A stretch of 64,000 nt of DNA. Origin: Oscillospiraceae bacterium. Its GTDB lineage: Bacteria; Bacillota; Clostridia; Oscillospirales; Ruminococcaceae. Positions 45,296-55,068 of this stretch are shown here, in pieces. The number at the start of each line of letters is the position of its first letter. Within the stretch, counting starts at the first letter, position 1. Where the stretch lies: assembly GCA_035447605.1 (NCBI GenBank), contig DAOTHJ010000006.1, positions 14,488-78,487 on the forward strand. The letters are read 5' to 3'. The translations under genes were made by a program, and so were the position numbers. The notes beneath the pieces are model-generated. The model saw only the letters and a list, made by a program, of their open reading frames with translations, ran no database searches and was not told the DNA's origin.

Positions 45296-47461
45296 TTGAT
45301 AAAAGGAGTAATTATCACGGCTGAAACACAGGATTCCGAAACCAAAACCGGCCGCGGCGCCAAGACTTATAAAAATCTTGTGATCGTCGAGTCCCCGGCT
45401 AAGGCCAAAACCATCCAAAAATATCTGGGACCGGACTATGAGGTCGTCGCCTCGATGGGCCACGTCCGCGACCTGCCGAAGAGCACGCTCGGGATCGACG
45501 TGGCGCACGGCTTTTTGCCGCAGTACATGCTGATTTCCGGCAAGGAGGCTCTCGTTCGCAGCCTCAAGAAAGAGGCCGGCTCCGTCGAGAACGTCTATCT
45601 TGCGACGGACCCGGACCGCGAGGGCGAGGCGATCTCCTGGCATCTGGCCTATCTGCTGGGGCTGCCGCTCACGTCGGCGAACCGCGTCACTTTTAACGAA
45701 ATCACCCGCTACGGCGTCAAACAGGGCATGGCCGCCCCGCGCACGATCGACAAGGACCTTGTCAATGCGCAGCAGGGCCGCCGCATCCTCGACCGCATCG
45801 TGGGATATAAACTGAGCCCCTTCCTCTGGAAAAACATCCGGGGCGGCTCGAACCTTTCCGCCGGAAGGGTGCAGTCCGTCGCCGTCCGCCTGATCGTCGA
45901 CCGCGAGCGGGAGATCCAGGATTTTCAGGTGGAGGAGTATTGGACCATCGACGCCAAGCTCTATGAGCGCGGCGAGTCCGCGGCTTTCTCCGCCCGCCTC
46001 CAGAGCAAAAACGGCGAGAAGGTAGAGATCCCCACCGAGGAGGCCGCCAAGGTCATCATGGACGACCTCGCCGGCAAGGATTTCATCATCAGCAACGTCA
46101 AAAAAGGCGTCCGCAAAAAGATGCCCGCGCCGCCCTTCATCACCTCCACCCTCCAGCAGGAGGCCTCGCTCCGGCTGGGATTCCAGTCCCGGCGCACGAT
46201 GCGCGTCGCGCAGGAGCTCTATGAGGGCGTCGACGTGCCCGGCATGGGCGCCGTGGGTCTCATCACCTACATGAGAACCGACTCCCTGCGCATCTCCGAG
46301 GAGGCGCACAATGCCGCCGCCGCTTATATCGAAAAAAACTACGGCCCGGATTATCTGCCCCAGACCGCTCACGCCTTCAAGCAGAAAGCCGGCGCGCAGG
46401 ATGCCCACGAGGCGGTCCGCCCGACCATGCCGGATCTTGAACCGACAAAGCTTCAGGGATGCCTGACCTCCGATCAATACAAACTTTATAAACTGATCTG
46501 GGAACGCTTTATCGCAAGCCAGATGGCCGCCGCCGTGCTCAACACCGTCTCGATCGACATCGAGGCCGGCGACTATCTCTTTAAGGCGAGCGGATTCACC
46601 GTGCGCTTCGACGGCTTCACAAAGCTCTACGAGGCTTCTTCCTCCCCGGAGGAGGAGAAATCCTCCATCCCGAAGAAGGCCGAAAAAGACGACGTTCTGC
46701 GCCTCAAGAGCCTGCACCCGAATCAGCACTTCACCCAGCCGCCGGCACGCTTCACCGAGGCGTCGCTCATCAAGGCGCTTGAGGAAAACGGCATCGGCCG
46801 CCCGAGCACCTACGCGCCGATCATCACCACGATCCTCGCGCGCAACTATGTCGAGCGCGAGGGCAAGGCCCTGAAGCCCACCGCTCTGGGCACCGTGATC
46901 GTCGATCTGGTGAAAGAGCATTTTTCCAACATCGTCGATGTGGAATTCACCGCCAAGATGGAGAAGGATCTCGATAAGATCGAGGCCGGCAAGATCGACT
47001 GGCAGAATATGATTAAAAAGTTCTTCGACGACTTTACCAAGGAGCTCGAAACCGCCCAGCAGTCCCAGGGCGGCGAAAAGATCGCCGTTCCCGAGGAAGA
47101 GACCGACGTCATCTGCGAAAAATGCGGCAGACACATGGTCATCAAGACCGGCCGGTACGGAAAATTCCTCGCCTGCCCGGGCTACCCGGAATGCAAAAAC
47201 ACGAAACGCCTCGTCAAAGAGGCAAACGGGACCTGCCCGCTCTGCGGCGGAAAAATCCTGACGAAAAAATCCAAGACCGGCAAGACCTACTACGGCTGCG
47301 AACATAACCCGACCTGCGGCTTTATGACATGGGATGAACCGACGGCCGAACTTTGCCCGACCTGCGGCAAGACGCTGCTCTTCCGGAAAGGACGCAACCC
47401 GATATACGTCTGCTCCAACCCGGAGTGCGAGTACCAGCGTCCGGAGGAGAAGAAAAAATGA
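45296..47461 (+). CDS. topA: DNA topoisomerase I
   Basis: ..LVIVESPAKAKTIQKYLG.. (TOPRIM), ..ITYMRTDS.. (active-site Tyr region) and C-terminal CxxC zinc ribbons. The start is uncertain (see findings). The coordinates give the longest ORF (TTG). Confidence 0.9.
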   Translation: MIKGVIITAETQDSETKTGRGAKTYKNLVIVESPAKAKTIQKYLGPDYEVVASMGHVRDLPKSTLGIDVAHGFLPQYMLISGKEALVRSLKKEAGSVENVYLATDPDREGEAISWHLAYLLGLPLTSANRVTFNEITRYGVKQGMAAPRTIDKDLVNAQQGRRILDRIVGYKLSPFLWKNIRGGSNLSAGRVQSVAVRLIVDREREIQDFQVEEYWTIDAKLYERGESAAFSARLQSKNGEKVEIPTEEAAKVIMDDLAGKDFIISNVKKGVRKKMPAPPFITSTLQQEASLRLGFQSRRTMRVAQELYEGVDVPGMGAVGLITYMRTDSLRISEEAHNAAAAYIEKNYGPDYLPQTAHAFKQKAGAQDAHEAVRPTMPDLEPTKLQGCLTSDQYKLYKLIWERFIASQMAAAVLNTVSIDIEAGDYLFKASGFTVRFDGFTKLYEASSSPEEEKSSIPKKAEKDDVLRLKSLHPNQHFTQPPARFTEASLIKALEENGIGRPSTYAPIITTILARNYVEREGKALKPTALGTVIVDLVKEHFSNIVDVEFTAKMEKDLDKIEAGKIDWQNMIKKFFDDFTKELETAQQSQGGEKIAVPEEETDVICEKCGRHMVIKTGRYGKFLACPGYPECKNTKRLVKEANGTCPLCGGKILTKKSKTGKTYYGCEHNPTCGFMTWDEPTAELCPTCGKTLLFRKGRNPIYVCSNPECEYQRPEEKKK

Positions 47462-48759
47462 ACCGTCCCGTCACCGTCATCGGCGCGGGGCTGGCGGGCT
47501 GCGAGGCCGTCTGGGCGCTCGCAAAGGCCGGCGAAGCGGTCAGGCTTTACGAGATGAAACCCGTCAGATTCAGCCCCGCCCACCATTCCGAAAACTTTGC
47601 GGAGCTCGTCTGCTCCAATTCGCTCAAGGCCTCGCGTCTGGAGACCGCCTCCGGGCTCCTGAAAGCCGAGATGAAGCGCCTCGGCTCCCTGACGATGGAG
47701 GCCGCCGAAGCCGCCGCCGTCCCCGCGGGAGGGGCGCTCGCCGTCGACCGGGAGGCCTTCTCCGCTTACATCACCGAGCGCATCCGTTCCCTGCCGAACG
47801 TGGAGATCGTTCGCGCGGAGCTGACGGAGCTGCCCTCGGAGGGCACCGTCGTCTGCGCCACCGGGCCGCTGACCTCCGACGGGCTCGCCTCGTATCTGTC
47901 CGGGCTCTTCGGCGGAACGCTCTCCTTTTATGACGCCGTCGCGCCGATCGTCTCGGCCGACAGCATCGACTTCACAAAATGCTTTTACGGCGCGCGCTGG
48001 GGACACGGCGATCCGGATTACCTCAACTGCCCGATGGATAAGGAGCAGTACGAGGCCTTTGTGGAGGCGCTCCTGAACGCGGAGAAGGCGGAACTTCACG
48101 CCTTCGACGCGCCGCCGAAGGTCTATGAGGGCTGCATGCCGGTGGAAATCATGGCCGCCCGCGGCCCCGATACGCTGCGTTACGGCCCGATGCGCCCGGT
48201 CGGGCTCAAAAACCCGGAGACCGGACACCGCCCCTGGGCCAACGTCCAGCTCCGGAAAGAAAATCAGGAAGGCACCATGCTGAACCTCGTCGGTTTTCAG
48301 ACGAACCTCAAATGGGGCGAACAGAAGCGGGTGTTTTCGATGATCCCGGGCCTCGAGCACGCAGAGTTTTTGCGCTACGGCGTGATGCACCGGGATACGT
48401 TTATGGACAGCCCGCGCCTGCTCGCGGAGAATCTGTCCCTCCGGAGCGACGGCAGGCTCTTCTTTGCCGGCCAGCTCACCGGAGTTGAAGGATACATGGA
48501 ATCCGCCGCCACCGGCATCCTCGCGGGCATCAACGCCCGCCGCCATGAGACGGGAGAGGCTCCTCTCCTCCTGCCGCAGGAGACGATGCTGGGCGCGCTG
48601 GTGCGGTACATCACCGACCCGGCCGTCACGGATTTTCAGCCGATGGGCAGCAACATGGGCTTGCTCCCCCCGCCGGAAACACACATCCGCGGCAAGCAGG
48701 AGCGTTATCTTGCTCTATCGGAGAGAGCCCTTGCGGCGCTGGACGCCATGCTGAAGTAA
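47458..48759 (+). CDS. trmFO: Methylenetetrahydrofolate--tRNA-(U54-C5)-methyltransferase TrmFO
   Basis: MNRPVTVIGAGLAGCEA..., ..FAGQLTGVEGYMESAATG.. ATGA overlap with topA. Confidence 0.9.
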   Translation: MNRPVTVIGAGLAGCEAVWALAKAGEAVRLYEMKPVRFSPAHHSENFAELVCSNSLKASRLETASGLLKAEMKRLGSLTMEAAEAAAVPAGGALAVDREAFSAYITERIRSLPNVEIVRAELTELPSEGTVVCATGPLTSDGLASYLSGLFGGTLSFYDAVAPIVSADSIDFTKCFYGARWGHGDPDYLNCPMDKEQYEAFVEALLNAEKAELHAFDAPPKVYEGCMPVEIMAARGPDTLRYGPMRPVGLKNPETGHRPWANVQLRKENQEGTMLNLVGFQTNLKWGEQKRVFSMIPGLEHAEFLRYGVMHRDTFMDSPRLLAENLSLRSDGRLFFAGQLTGVEGYMESAATGILAGINARRHETGEAPLLLPQETMLGALVRYITDPAVTDFQPMGSNMGLLPPPETHIRGKQERYLALSERALAALDAMLK

Positions 48760-48790
48760 GAAACCCACCCCCCGGAAAGGAGGATTCTTT

Positions 48791-49798
48791 ATGAAAATCG
48801 CACTGGATATCTACGGCGGCGACAATGCCCCTCTGGCTCCGCTGGAGGGCGCGGCTACGGCCGTCAGGGAACTGGGCGTCGGGATTCTCGCCGTCGGCAA
48901 GGAGGCCGAAATGAAGGCCCTCTGCGCCGAAAAAGGCATCTCCACCGCCGGGATCGAATTTTTGGATGCGCCACTTGTGATGCCGGTCTGCGCCGAGCCG
49001 ACCGAGGTGCTGAAGTCCTATAAGGACAGCTCCCTCGCGCTGACGGTGAAGGCCGCAGCCGATGGCATGGCCGATGCCGCGGTCACCGCCGGAAGCACCG
49101 GCGCCGCGGTCGTTGCGGCGACGTTTATTGCCAAGCGCCTCAAAGGCGTCAAGCGCGCCGCCCTCGCAACGGAGATGCCCGGCCTTGATTCAACCTATAT
49201 GATGCTGGACCTCGGCGCCAACGTCGAGTGCCGGCCGGAGATGCTTGTGCAGTTTGCCGTGATGGGCGCGGCTTATATGGAAAAGACCGCCGGCGTCGCG
49301 AATCCGCGCGTCGGGCTTATCAACATCGGCGCGGAGGAATCCAAGGGCGCCGATCTGCAAAAGGAAACCTATGCGCTGCTCCGGCAGTCCGACCTCAATT
49401 TCGTTGGCAACGTGGAACCGCGGGACCTGCTCTTCGGCGTATGCGACGTGGCCGTGGCCGACGGATGGACCGGCAACATCGTGTTAAAAACGACGGAGGG
49501 CACCGGACTCGCCTTTTCCAAGATGGTCAAGCGCATGTTTACAAAAAACGTGCTGACCAAGCTCGGCTCCCTGCCGATGAAGGAAGGCATCCGCGATATG
49601 AAGCAAAAGACGGATTATTCCGAACGCGGAGGCGCGCCGCTGCTCGGCATCACGAAACCCGTGATCAAAGCCCACGGCAGCAGCGACGCCACGGCTTTCC
49701 GCAACGCGCTGGAACAGGCGAAAATCTTTTATGAGACGGACGTCAACGGCGCGATTCTTTCCGCGCTCGCGGAGAGGAAAGAGGCGAAGGAAGAATGA
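48791..49798 (+). CDS. plsX: Phosphate acyltransferase PlsX
   Basis: MKIALDIYGGDNAP..., ..AGSTGA.., ..GAPLLGI..PVIKAHGSS.. Confidence 0.9.
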   Translation: MKIALDIYGGDNAPLAPLEGAATAVRELGVGILAVGKEAEMKALCAEKGISTAGIEFLDAPLVMPVCAEPTEVLKSYKDSSLALTVKAAADGMADAAVTAGSTGAAVVAATFIAKRLKGVKRAALATEMPGLDSTYMMLDLGANVECRPEMLVQFAVMGAAYMEKTAGVANPRVGLINIGAEESKGADLQKETYALLRQSDLNFVGNVEPRDLLFGVCDVAVADGWTGNIVLKTTEGTGLAFSKMVKRMFTKNVLTKLGSLPMKEGIRDMKQKTDYSERGGAPLLGITKPVIKAHGSSDATAFRNALEQAKIFYETDVNGAILSALAERKEAKEE

Positions 49799-50484
49799 GT
49801 TTTGAAGTACCCCGTACGCTCGAGGAGGCATCCGGATACACCTTTTTAAATCCGCGCTATCTGGAGGTCGCGCTGACCCACTCCTCCTATGCGAATGAGA
49901 ATCACGGCCACTGCGAGAGCAACGAGCGGCAGGAATTCCTCGGCGACGCTGTTTTGAGCATCATTGTCTCGGATTACCTGTTTCATAATTACAAACATCT
50001 GCCGGAGGGCCAGCTCACCAAGATGCGAGCCTCCCTCGTCTGCGAAAAGACGCTGAGCCGTTTTTCCAAGGAGCTCGGGCTCGGCGGCTACCTGATGTTC
50101 GGCCGCGGCGAGGAACAGATGGGCGGCAGAGAGCGCCCCTCGATCCTTTGCGATGCCTTTGAGGCCTTTCTCGCGGCGATCTATCTCGACGGCGGCATGG
50201 CACCCGCGCGGGACTTTGTGCTGCGCTTTGTAAAGCCCTCGCTCGATGATTTTGAAAAGCTCTCTTTCAAGGATTACAAAACGCAGCTTCAGGAGATCAT
50301 TCAGCAAAATCCGGAGGAACAGCTCACCTACATGCTCACCTCCGAGACCGGCCCCGATCACGACAAACATTTTGTCGTCGAAGTCATGCTCAACAGCAAC
50401 CCGATCGGCCGCGGCGAGGGCCGGAGCAAAAAGGCCGCCGAACAGATGGCGGCGAAAGAGGCGCTGGAGCTGATGGGCGAATGA
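49795..50484 (+). CDS. rnc: Ribonuclease III
   Basis: ..NERQEFLGDAVL.. (RNase III signature) and a C-terminal dsRBD ..GEGRSKKAAEQMAAKEAL.. Confidence 0.95.
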   Translation: MSFEVPRTLEEASGYTFLNPRYLEVALTHSSYANENHGHCESNERQEFLGDAVLSIIVSDYLFHNYKHLPEGQLTKMRASLVCEKTLSRFSKELGLGGYLMFGRGEEQMGGRERPSILCDAFEAFLAAIYLDGGMAPARDFVLRFVKPSLDDFEKLSFKDYKTQLQEIIQQNPEEQLTYMLTSETGPDHDKHFVVEVMLNSNPIGRGEGRSKKAAEQMAAKEALELMGE

Positions 50485-51500
50485 GACACGCCAACGTCTC
50501 GTTTTTCGTGCCGATGGCCGGGTGCCCGCACCGGTGCTCGTTCTGCGACCAGCAGAGCATCACCGGCGAGACGAAATGCCCCACGCCGGAGGAGGTCGAC
50601 GCCTGCTGCGCAAAGGCCGCGGAGGCGCTCGCCGGATTTTCCTCCGAGAGCGAGATCGCTTTTTTCGGCGGCAGCTTCACGATGATTCCGCGGGAGACGA
50701 TGGTCTCCCTGCTGGAACCCGCCGCGAAGTGGGTGGAGCGGGGCGCCTTTTCCGGCATCCGGTGCAGTACGCGGCCGGACGCGATTGACGAAGAAATTCT
50801 CGATCTGCTCGCCCGCTATCATGTCCGCTCGATCGAGCTCGGCGCTCAGAGCAGCAGCGACGACGTTCTCGCGGCAAATGGCCGCGGGCACACGTTTTCC
50901 GATACGCAGAGGGCCTCGGCGCTCATCCGGGAACGGGGATTTTCCCTCGGGCTCCAGATGATGACGGGCCTGCCTGCGGATACGCCGGAATTGGATCTCC
51001 GTACGGCCGAAGATTTTATCAGGCTCCGGCCGGAGACCATGCGCATCTACCCGGCGCTGGTGCTCGACCACACGCCGATGGCGGCGCTCTGGCGGGAAGG
51101 CGGCTACCGGCCCCAGACGATTGAGGAGGCAGCTTTGCTCTGCGCGGAGCTGCTCGATCTCTTTGAGGAGGCCGGAATCCGGGTGATCCGGGTCGGGCTC
51201 CACGCGGAACCTTCGCTTGAAAAGAACCTGCTGGCCGGGCCCTATCATCCCGCATTCCGCGAGATCGCCGAGAGCCTGCGCTTTTACAAAAAAATCACGC
51301 CGGAGATTTTGAAATATCCGGAGGGGGCGCTCACCGTTTTTGTGAACCCCTCCGAACAGTCCAAAGCCGCCGGTCAAAAATGCGCGAACCTTTCCCGCTG
51401 GAAGGAAGCCGGGTGCGACGTCCGCATCCTCGGCGACCCCTCCCTCCCCTGCGGCACATTTCGAATTTGCCCCTCCGAAACCACGATGATTAGGAAGTGA
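50481..51500 (+). CDS. Radical SAM protein (ELP3-like, no acetyltransferase domain)
   Basis: ..GCPHRCSFCDQ.. (CxxxCxxC). The position between rnc and smc is common in Clostridia. Confidence 0.8.
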   Translation: MRHANVSFFVPMAGCPHRCSFCDQQSITGETKCPTPEEVDACCAKAAEALAGFSSESEIAFFGGSFTMIPRETMVSLLEPAAKWVERGAFSGIRCSTRPDAIDEEILDLLARYHVRSIELGAQSSSDDVLAANGRGHTFSDTQRASALIRERGFSLGLQMMTGLPADTPELDLRTAEDFIRLRPETMRIYPALVLDHTPMAALWREGGYRPQTIEEAALLCAELLDLFEEAGIRVIRVGLHAEPSLEKNLLAGPYHPAFREIAESLRFYKKITPEILKYPEGALTVFVNPSEQSKAAGQKCANLSRWKEAGCDVRILGDPSLPCGTFRICPSETTMIRK

Positions 51501-51504
51501 AACA

Positions 51505-54500
51505 TTGTTCCTGAAATCACTGGAACTCCAGGGCTTCAAATCTTTTCCGGATAAGACCCGTCTCAATTTCGGCCGCGGGCTGACCGCGGTTGTCGGGCCG
51601 AACGGGAGCGGAAAAAGCAATATCAGCGACGCGGTGCGCTGGGTTCTCGGGGAACAGTCCACCAAGGCCCTGCGCGGCATCAAGATGGAGGACGTGATCT
51701 TCAACGGGAGCGCCGGCCGCAAGAGCTACGGCTGGGCGGAGGTCCGGCTCTTTCTCGACAACACCGACCGCACCCTGCCGATCGACAACGACGAAGTCCT
51801 CGTCTCCAGAAAATACTACCGCAACGGCGACAGCGAATACCGCATCTGCGATAAGATCTGCCGCCTGCGCGACGTCAACGAACTTTTTATGGATACGGGC
51901 CTCGGCCGCGACGGCTACTCGCTGATCGGTCAGGGCAAGATCGCCGAGATCATCGGCGCCAAAAGCACCCAGCGGCGCGAAATCTTTGAGGAGGCCGCCG
52001 GCATCTCCAAATACCGCTACCGCAAGGAGGATGCCGAGCGCAGCCTCGTGCAGGCGGATGAGAACCTGCTGCGGCTCCGCGACAACCTCTCCGCCCTCGA
52101 GGAGCGGGTCGGCCCGCTCAGGGAGCAGTCCGACAAGGCGAAAAAATTTCTCGAGCTCGCCGAGGAGAAAAAGTCGCTTGAGATCTCCGTCTGGATGCGC
52201 AACCTGCGCAAGCTCAAATCCCAGCTTCAGGAGCAGAACAGCTCCATCAGCGTCTTTCAGGCGGAGTACGATTCCCTCGACGCCGATTACAACAAGGCCG
52301 AGGAATACATAGGCACCCTCTACGAGGGCATCCGGAACCTCGATTTCGACGTGGAAAACCGCCGCAAGGAGATCGCCGAGAATGAGGCGGGCATCTCCGG
52401 GCTGGCCGCCGATTCCGCCGTTTCCAAGAACGAGATTCAGCACGCCGAGAGCGAGATCGCGCGGATCGGCGGCGAGATCAAGGAACTCGAAGCCTCCGGC
52501 AGCGAAAATGCCGCTCTCGCCGAAGCGAAGCGGAACGAACTCGCCGCAAAGGAGGCCGAGCAGGTCTCCCTCGCCGAAAAAGCGGCCGCAAACGCCGCCG
52601 AAGCGGAAAAAATTGCGGGGGCCGAGACGGAAAACGCCGCCGCCCGCGCGGAGGCTTCCGCGGAACTCGCAAAGGCCGAGGCTTCGATCGGGCATATCAG
52701 CGTCGTGCTGGCCACCGCCGGCTCCGACGCCGAGCAGTACGAGAAGCGCCTTGCCGAGATGGACGCCGCAGCCGCAAAAACCGGAGAGCTCATCGCCGCA
52801 AACGAAAAGGATCTTACGGACATCGGGGAATTCCTCTCCGACAACGCGTCGCGCGCCGAGTCGCTGCAAAACAGCATCTCCGGCCTCGCGCTCAAAAAAG
52901 GCCTGCGCGAAAAGCAGCTCGCCGCCATGGAGGAACGCCGCGCCGCGCTTCAAAAGAACGCGGATGCCGCCCTCGGCCGCGCAAAGCTGCTTCAAGATCT
53001 CGAAGATCATATGGAAGGCTTCGCCCAGAGCGTGAAATTTGTGTTGGAGAGGGCCAAAGCCGGCGCCCTGCGCGGCATCCTCGATCCGGTCTCCAACATT
53101 CTCTCGGTCGAGAGCAAATACGCCCTCGCCGTCGAGACCGCCATCACCGGCGCTTTGCAGGACGTCGTCGTCACGGACGAGGACGCCGCCCGCCGCGCCA
53201 TCGGCATGCTCAAGGAACAAAACCGCGGCCGCGTCACCTTTCTTCCGCTCACCTCCGTGCGCGGAAACAAACTTTCGGAGAACGGCCTTGAGCACTGCGA
53301 AGGCTTCATCGGCCTCGGCAGCGACCTTGTTGCCTATGACAAAAAATACGACGGCGTCATTCTGAGCCTGCTCGGCCGCATCGCGGTCGTCGACGAGCTC
53401 GGCAACGCCATCGCCGTCGCAAAAAAATACGGCTACCGCTTCCGCATCGTCACGCTCGACGGCCAGCTCGTCAACGCGGGCGGCTCGCTCACGGGCGGCT
53501 CCTCCGTCAAATCGGCCGGCATCCTGAGCCGCCGCCACGAGATTGAGGAACTTCAGGCGCAGGCCGAAACATACAAACAACAGCTCGCCGACGGAAACGC
53601 GGAATATATGCGGCTCCGGGAGGAAATCTCCGCCCTCGCCGCCGATTCCCTCGCCACGGAGAGCGAGCTTCGCACCGCCAAGGAGGATCGTATCCGGGCC
53701 GAGGCGGAGAAGAAGCACTTTGAAGAAAAGATCGCCGCCGCGAAGGCCGACGCGGAGGAATATGCCTCCCGCCGCGCCGAGATCGTCGAACTCAACGCCT
53801 CCGCCAAGCAGCGGACGGCCGAATTCACCGCGCTGCTCTCCTCCGCAAAGACGGATAAGGCGAAAGCCCTTGAGACCATCGGCCAGCTTGAAAAAGAGGC
53901 CGCCGCCGTTGTGGAAAAGAAAGCGCATAACGCCGAGGAGGCCGCCGCGCTCGCCCTTTCCGCCGCCCTGACGGAGAAGGATGCCGATGCGGTCCGCGCC
54001 GACATCGAACGGCTCCGCGTCTCCGAGGAGGAGCGCCTCGTCCGGAAGGAAGAGCGGAAGGCCGCCCTTGCCACCATGGAGGACTCGATCGGCATCCACC
54101 GGAAAAAGATCGCCGCCGCCGAAGCGGAAACCGCACGGCTCAACGCGGAATCGGAGCAGCGCCGGGATCAGATCACCGCGCTCTACGCGAAGCGGCAGGA
54201 ATTTGAATCAAAGACCACGCAGGAACGCAGCGCGCAAAAGAATATCGTCACGCGCCGCGAGGAGGCCTCCGTCCGGCTCGCAAAGGCAAGGGCCTCGCTC
54301 GACGACCTTCAGAAGGATTACGACCGCATCATCGGCGAGCTTTGGGACGAATACGAGATCACCTACACCATGGCCGACGAGATCGCGGAGGAAATCACCG
54401 AGCCGCAAAAGGCGCAGCGCCGCCTCGCGGAACTTCGCAACAAGATCAAGGCTCTCGGCCCGGTCAACGTCTCCGCCATCGAGGAATATAGAGAGGTCTT

Positions 54501-55068
54501 TGGCCGCTATGAATTCATGCGGAATCAGATCGAGGACGCCGAGAAGGCCCGCGACGAACTGCGTGCGCTTATCCGCGGCCTGACCGGCCAGATGAAGACC
54601 ATCTTCACCGATAGCTTCACCCGCATCGCCGGGAATTTTGCCGTCGTCTTCCGGGATCTGTTCGGCGGCGGCGAGGCGAAACTCACGCTGACCGACCCGG
54701 ACAACGTCCTTGAATCGGGCATTGAAATCTTCGTTCAGCCGCCGGGCAAGATCGTCAACCACATCTCTGCCCTCTCCGGCGGCGAGCAGACCTTTGTCGC
54801 CATCGCAATCTATTTTGCCATCCTCAAAGTCAGCCCGGCGCCCTTCTGCATCCTCGACGAGATCGAGGCGGCGCTCGACGAGGCAAACGTCGACCGCTGC
54901 GCCGAATACCTGCTGACGCTCTCCGGTGACACGCAGTTTATCGCGATCACGCACCGCCGCGGCACGATGGAGCACGCCGACCGGCTCTACGGCGTCACGA
55001 TGCAGGAGGAGGGCGTCTCGAAGCTTTTGGAACTCTCCCTCGACGACATGGAAGCCGTGGAAGCCTGA
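51505..55068 (+). CDS. smc: Chromosome segregation protein SMC
   Basis: ..GPNGSGKSN.. Walker A, long coiled coils, a hinge, then C-terminal ..LSGGEQTF.. and ..FCILDEIEAALD.. TTG start. Confidence 0.95.
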   Translation: MFLKSLELQGFKSFPDKTRLNFGRGLTAVVGPNGSGKSNISDAVRWVLGEQSTKALRGIKMEDVIFNGSAGRKSYGWAEVRLFLDNTDRTLPIDNDEVLVSRKYYRNGDSEYRICDKICRLRDVNELFMDTGLGRDGYSLIGQGKIAEIIGAKSTQRREIFEEAAGISKYRYRKEDAERSLVQADENLLRLRDNLSALEERVGPLREQSDKAKKFLELAEEKKSLEISVWMRNLRKLKSQLQEQNSSISVFQAEYDSLDADYNKAEEYIGTLYEGIRNLDFDVENRRKEIAENEAGISGLAADSAVSKNEIQHAESEIARIGGEIKELEASGSENAALAEAKRNELAAKEAEQVSLAEKAAANAAEAEKIAGAETENAAARAEASAELAKAEASIGHISVVLATAGSDAEQYEKRLAEMDAAAAKTGELIAANEKDLTDIGEFLSDNASRAESLQNSISGLALKKGLREKQLAAMEERRAALQKNADAALGRAKLLQDLEDHMEGFAQSVKFVLERAKAGALRGILDPVSNILSVESKYALAVETAITGALQDVVVTDEDAARRAIGMLKEQNRGRVTFLPLTSVRGNKLSENGLEHCEGFIGLGSDLVAYDKKYDGVILSLLGRIAVVDELGNAIAVAKKYGYRFRIVTLDGQLVNAGGSLTGGSSVKSAGILSRRHEIEELQAQAETYKQQLADGNAEYMRLREEISALAADSLATESELRTAKEDRIRAEAEKKHFEEKIAAAKADAEEYASRRAEIVELNASAKQRTAEFTALLSSAKTDKAKALETIGQLEKEAAAVVEKKAHNAEEAAALALSAALTEKDADAVRADIERLRVSEEERLVRKEERKAALATMEDSIGIHRKKIAAAEAETARLNAESEQRRDQITALYAKRQEFESKTTQERSAQKNIVTRREEASVRLAKARASLDDLQKDYDRIIGELWDEYEITYTMADEIAEEITEPQKAQRRLAELRNKIKALGPVNVSAIEEYREVFGRYEFMRNQIEDAEKARDELRALIRGLTGQMKTIFTDSFTRIAGNFAVVFRDLFGGGEAKLTLTDPDNVLESGIEIFVQPPGKIVNHISALSGGEQTFVAIAIYFAILKVSPAPFCILDEIEAALDEANVDRCAEYLLTLSGDTQFIAITHRRGTMEHADRLYGVTMQEEGVSKLLELSLDDMEAVEA

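Noticed and set aside
44393-47305. Very long antisense ORFs opposite well-conserved genes. Examples: 970 aa opposite dprA/topA, 860 aa at 51517..54099 opposite smc, 680 aa at 39161..41203 opposite addA, 480 aa at 26490..27932, 420 aa at 28507..29769, 411 aa at 15011..16246, 406 aa at 17091..18311 and 404 aa at 21127..22341.
   Set aside because: They are shadow ORFs typical of high-GC DNA. They are R/G/A/D-rich and low-complexity, have no SD, and each mirrors a gene with strong family signatures on the other strand.
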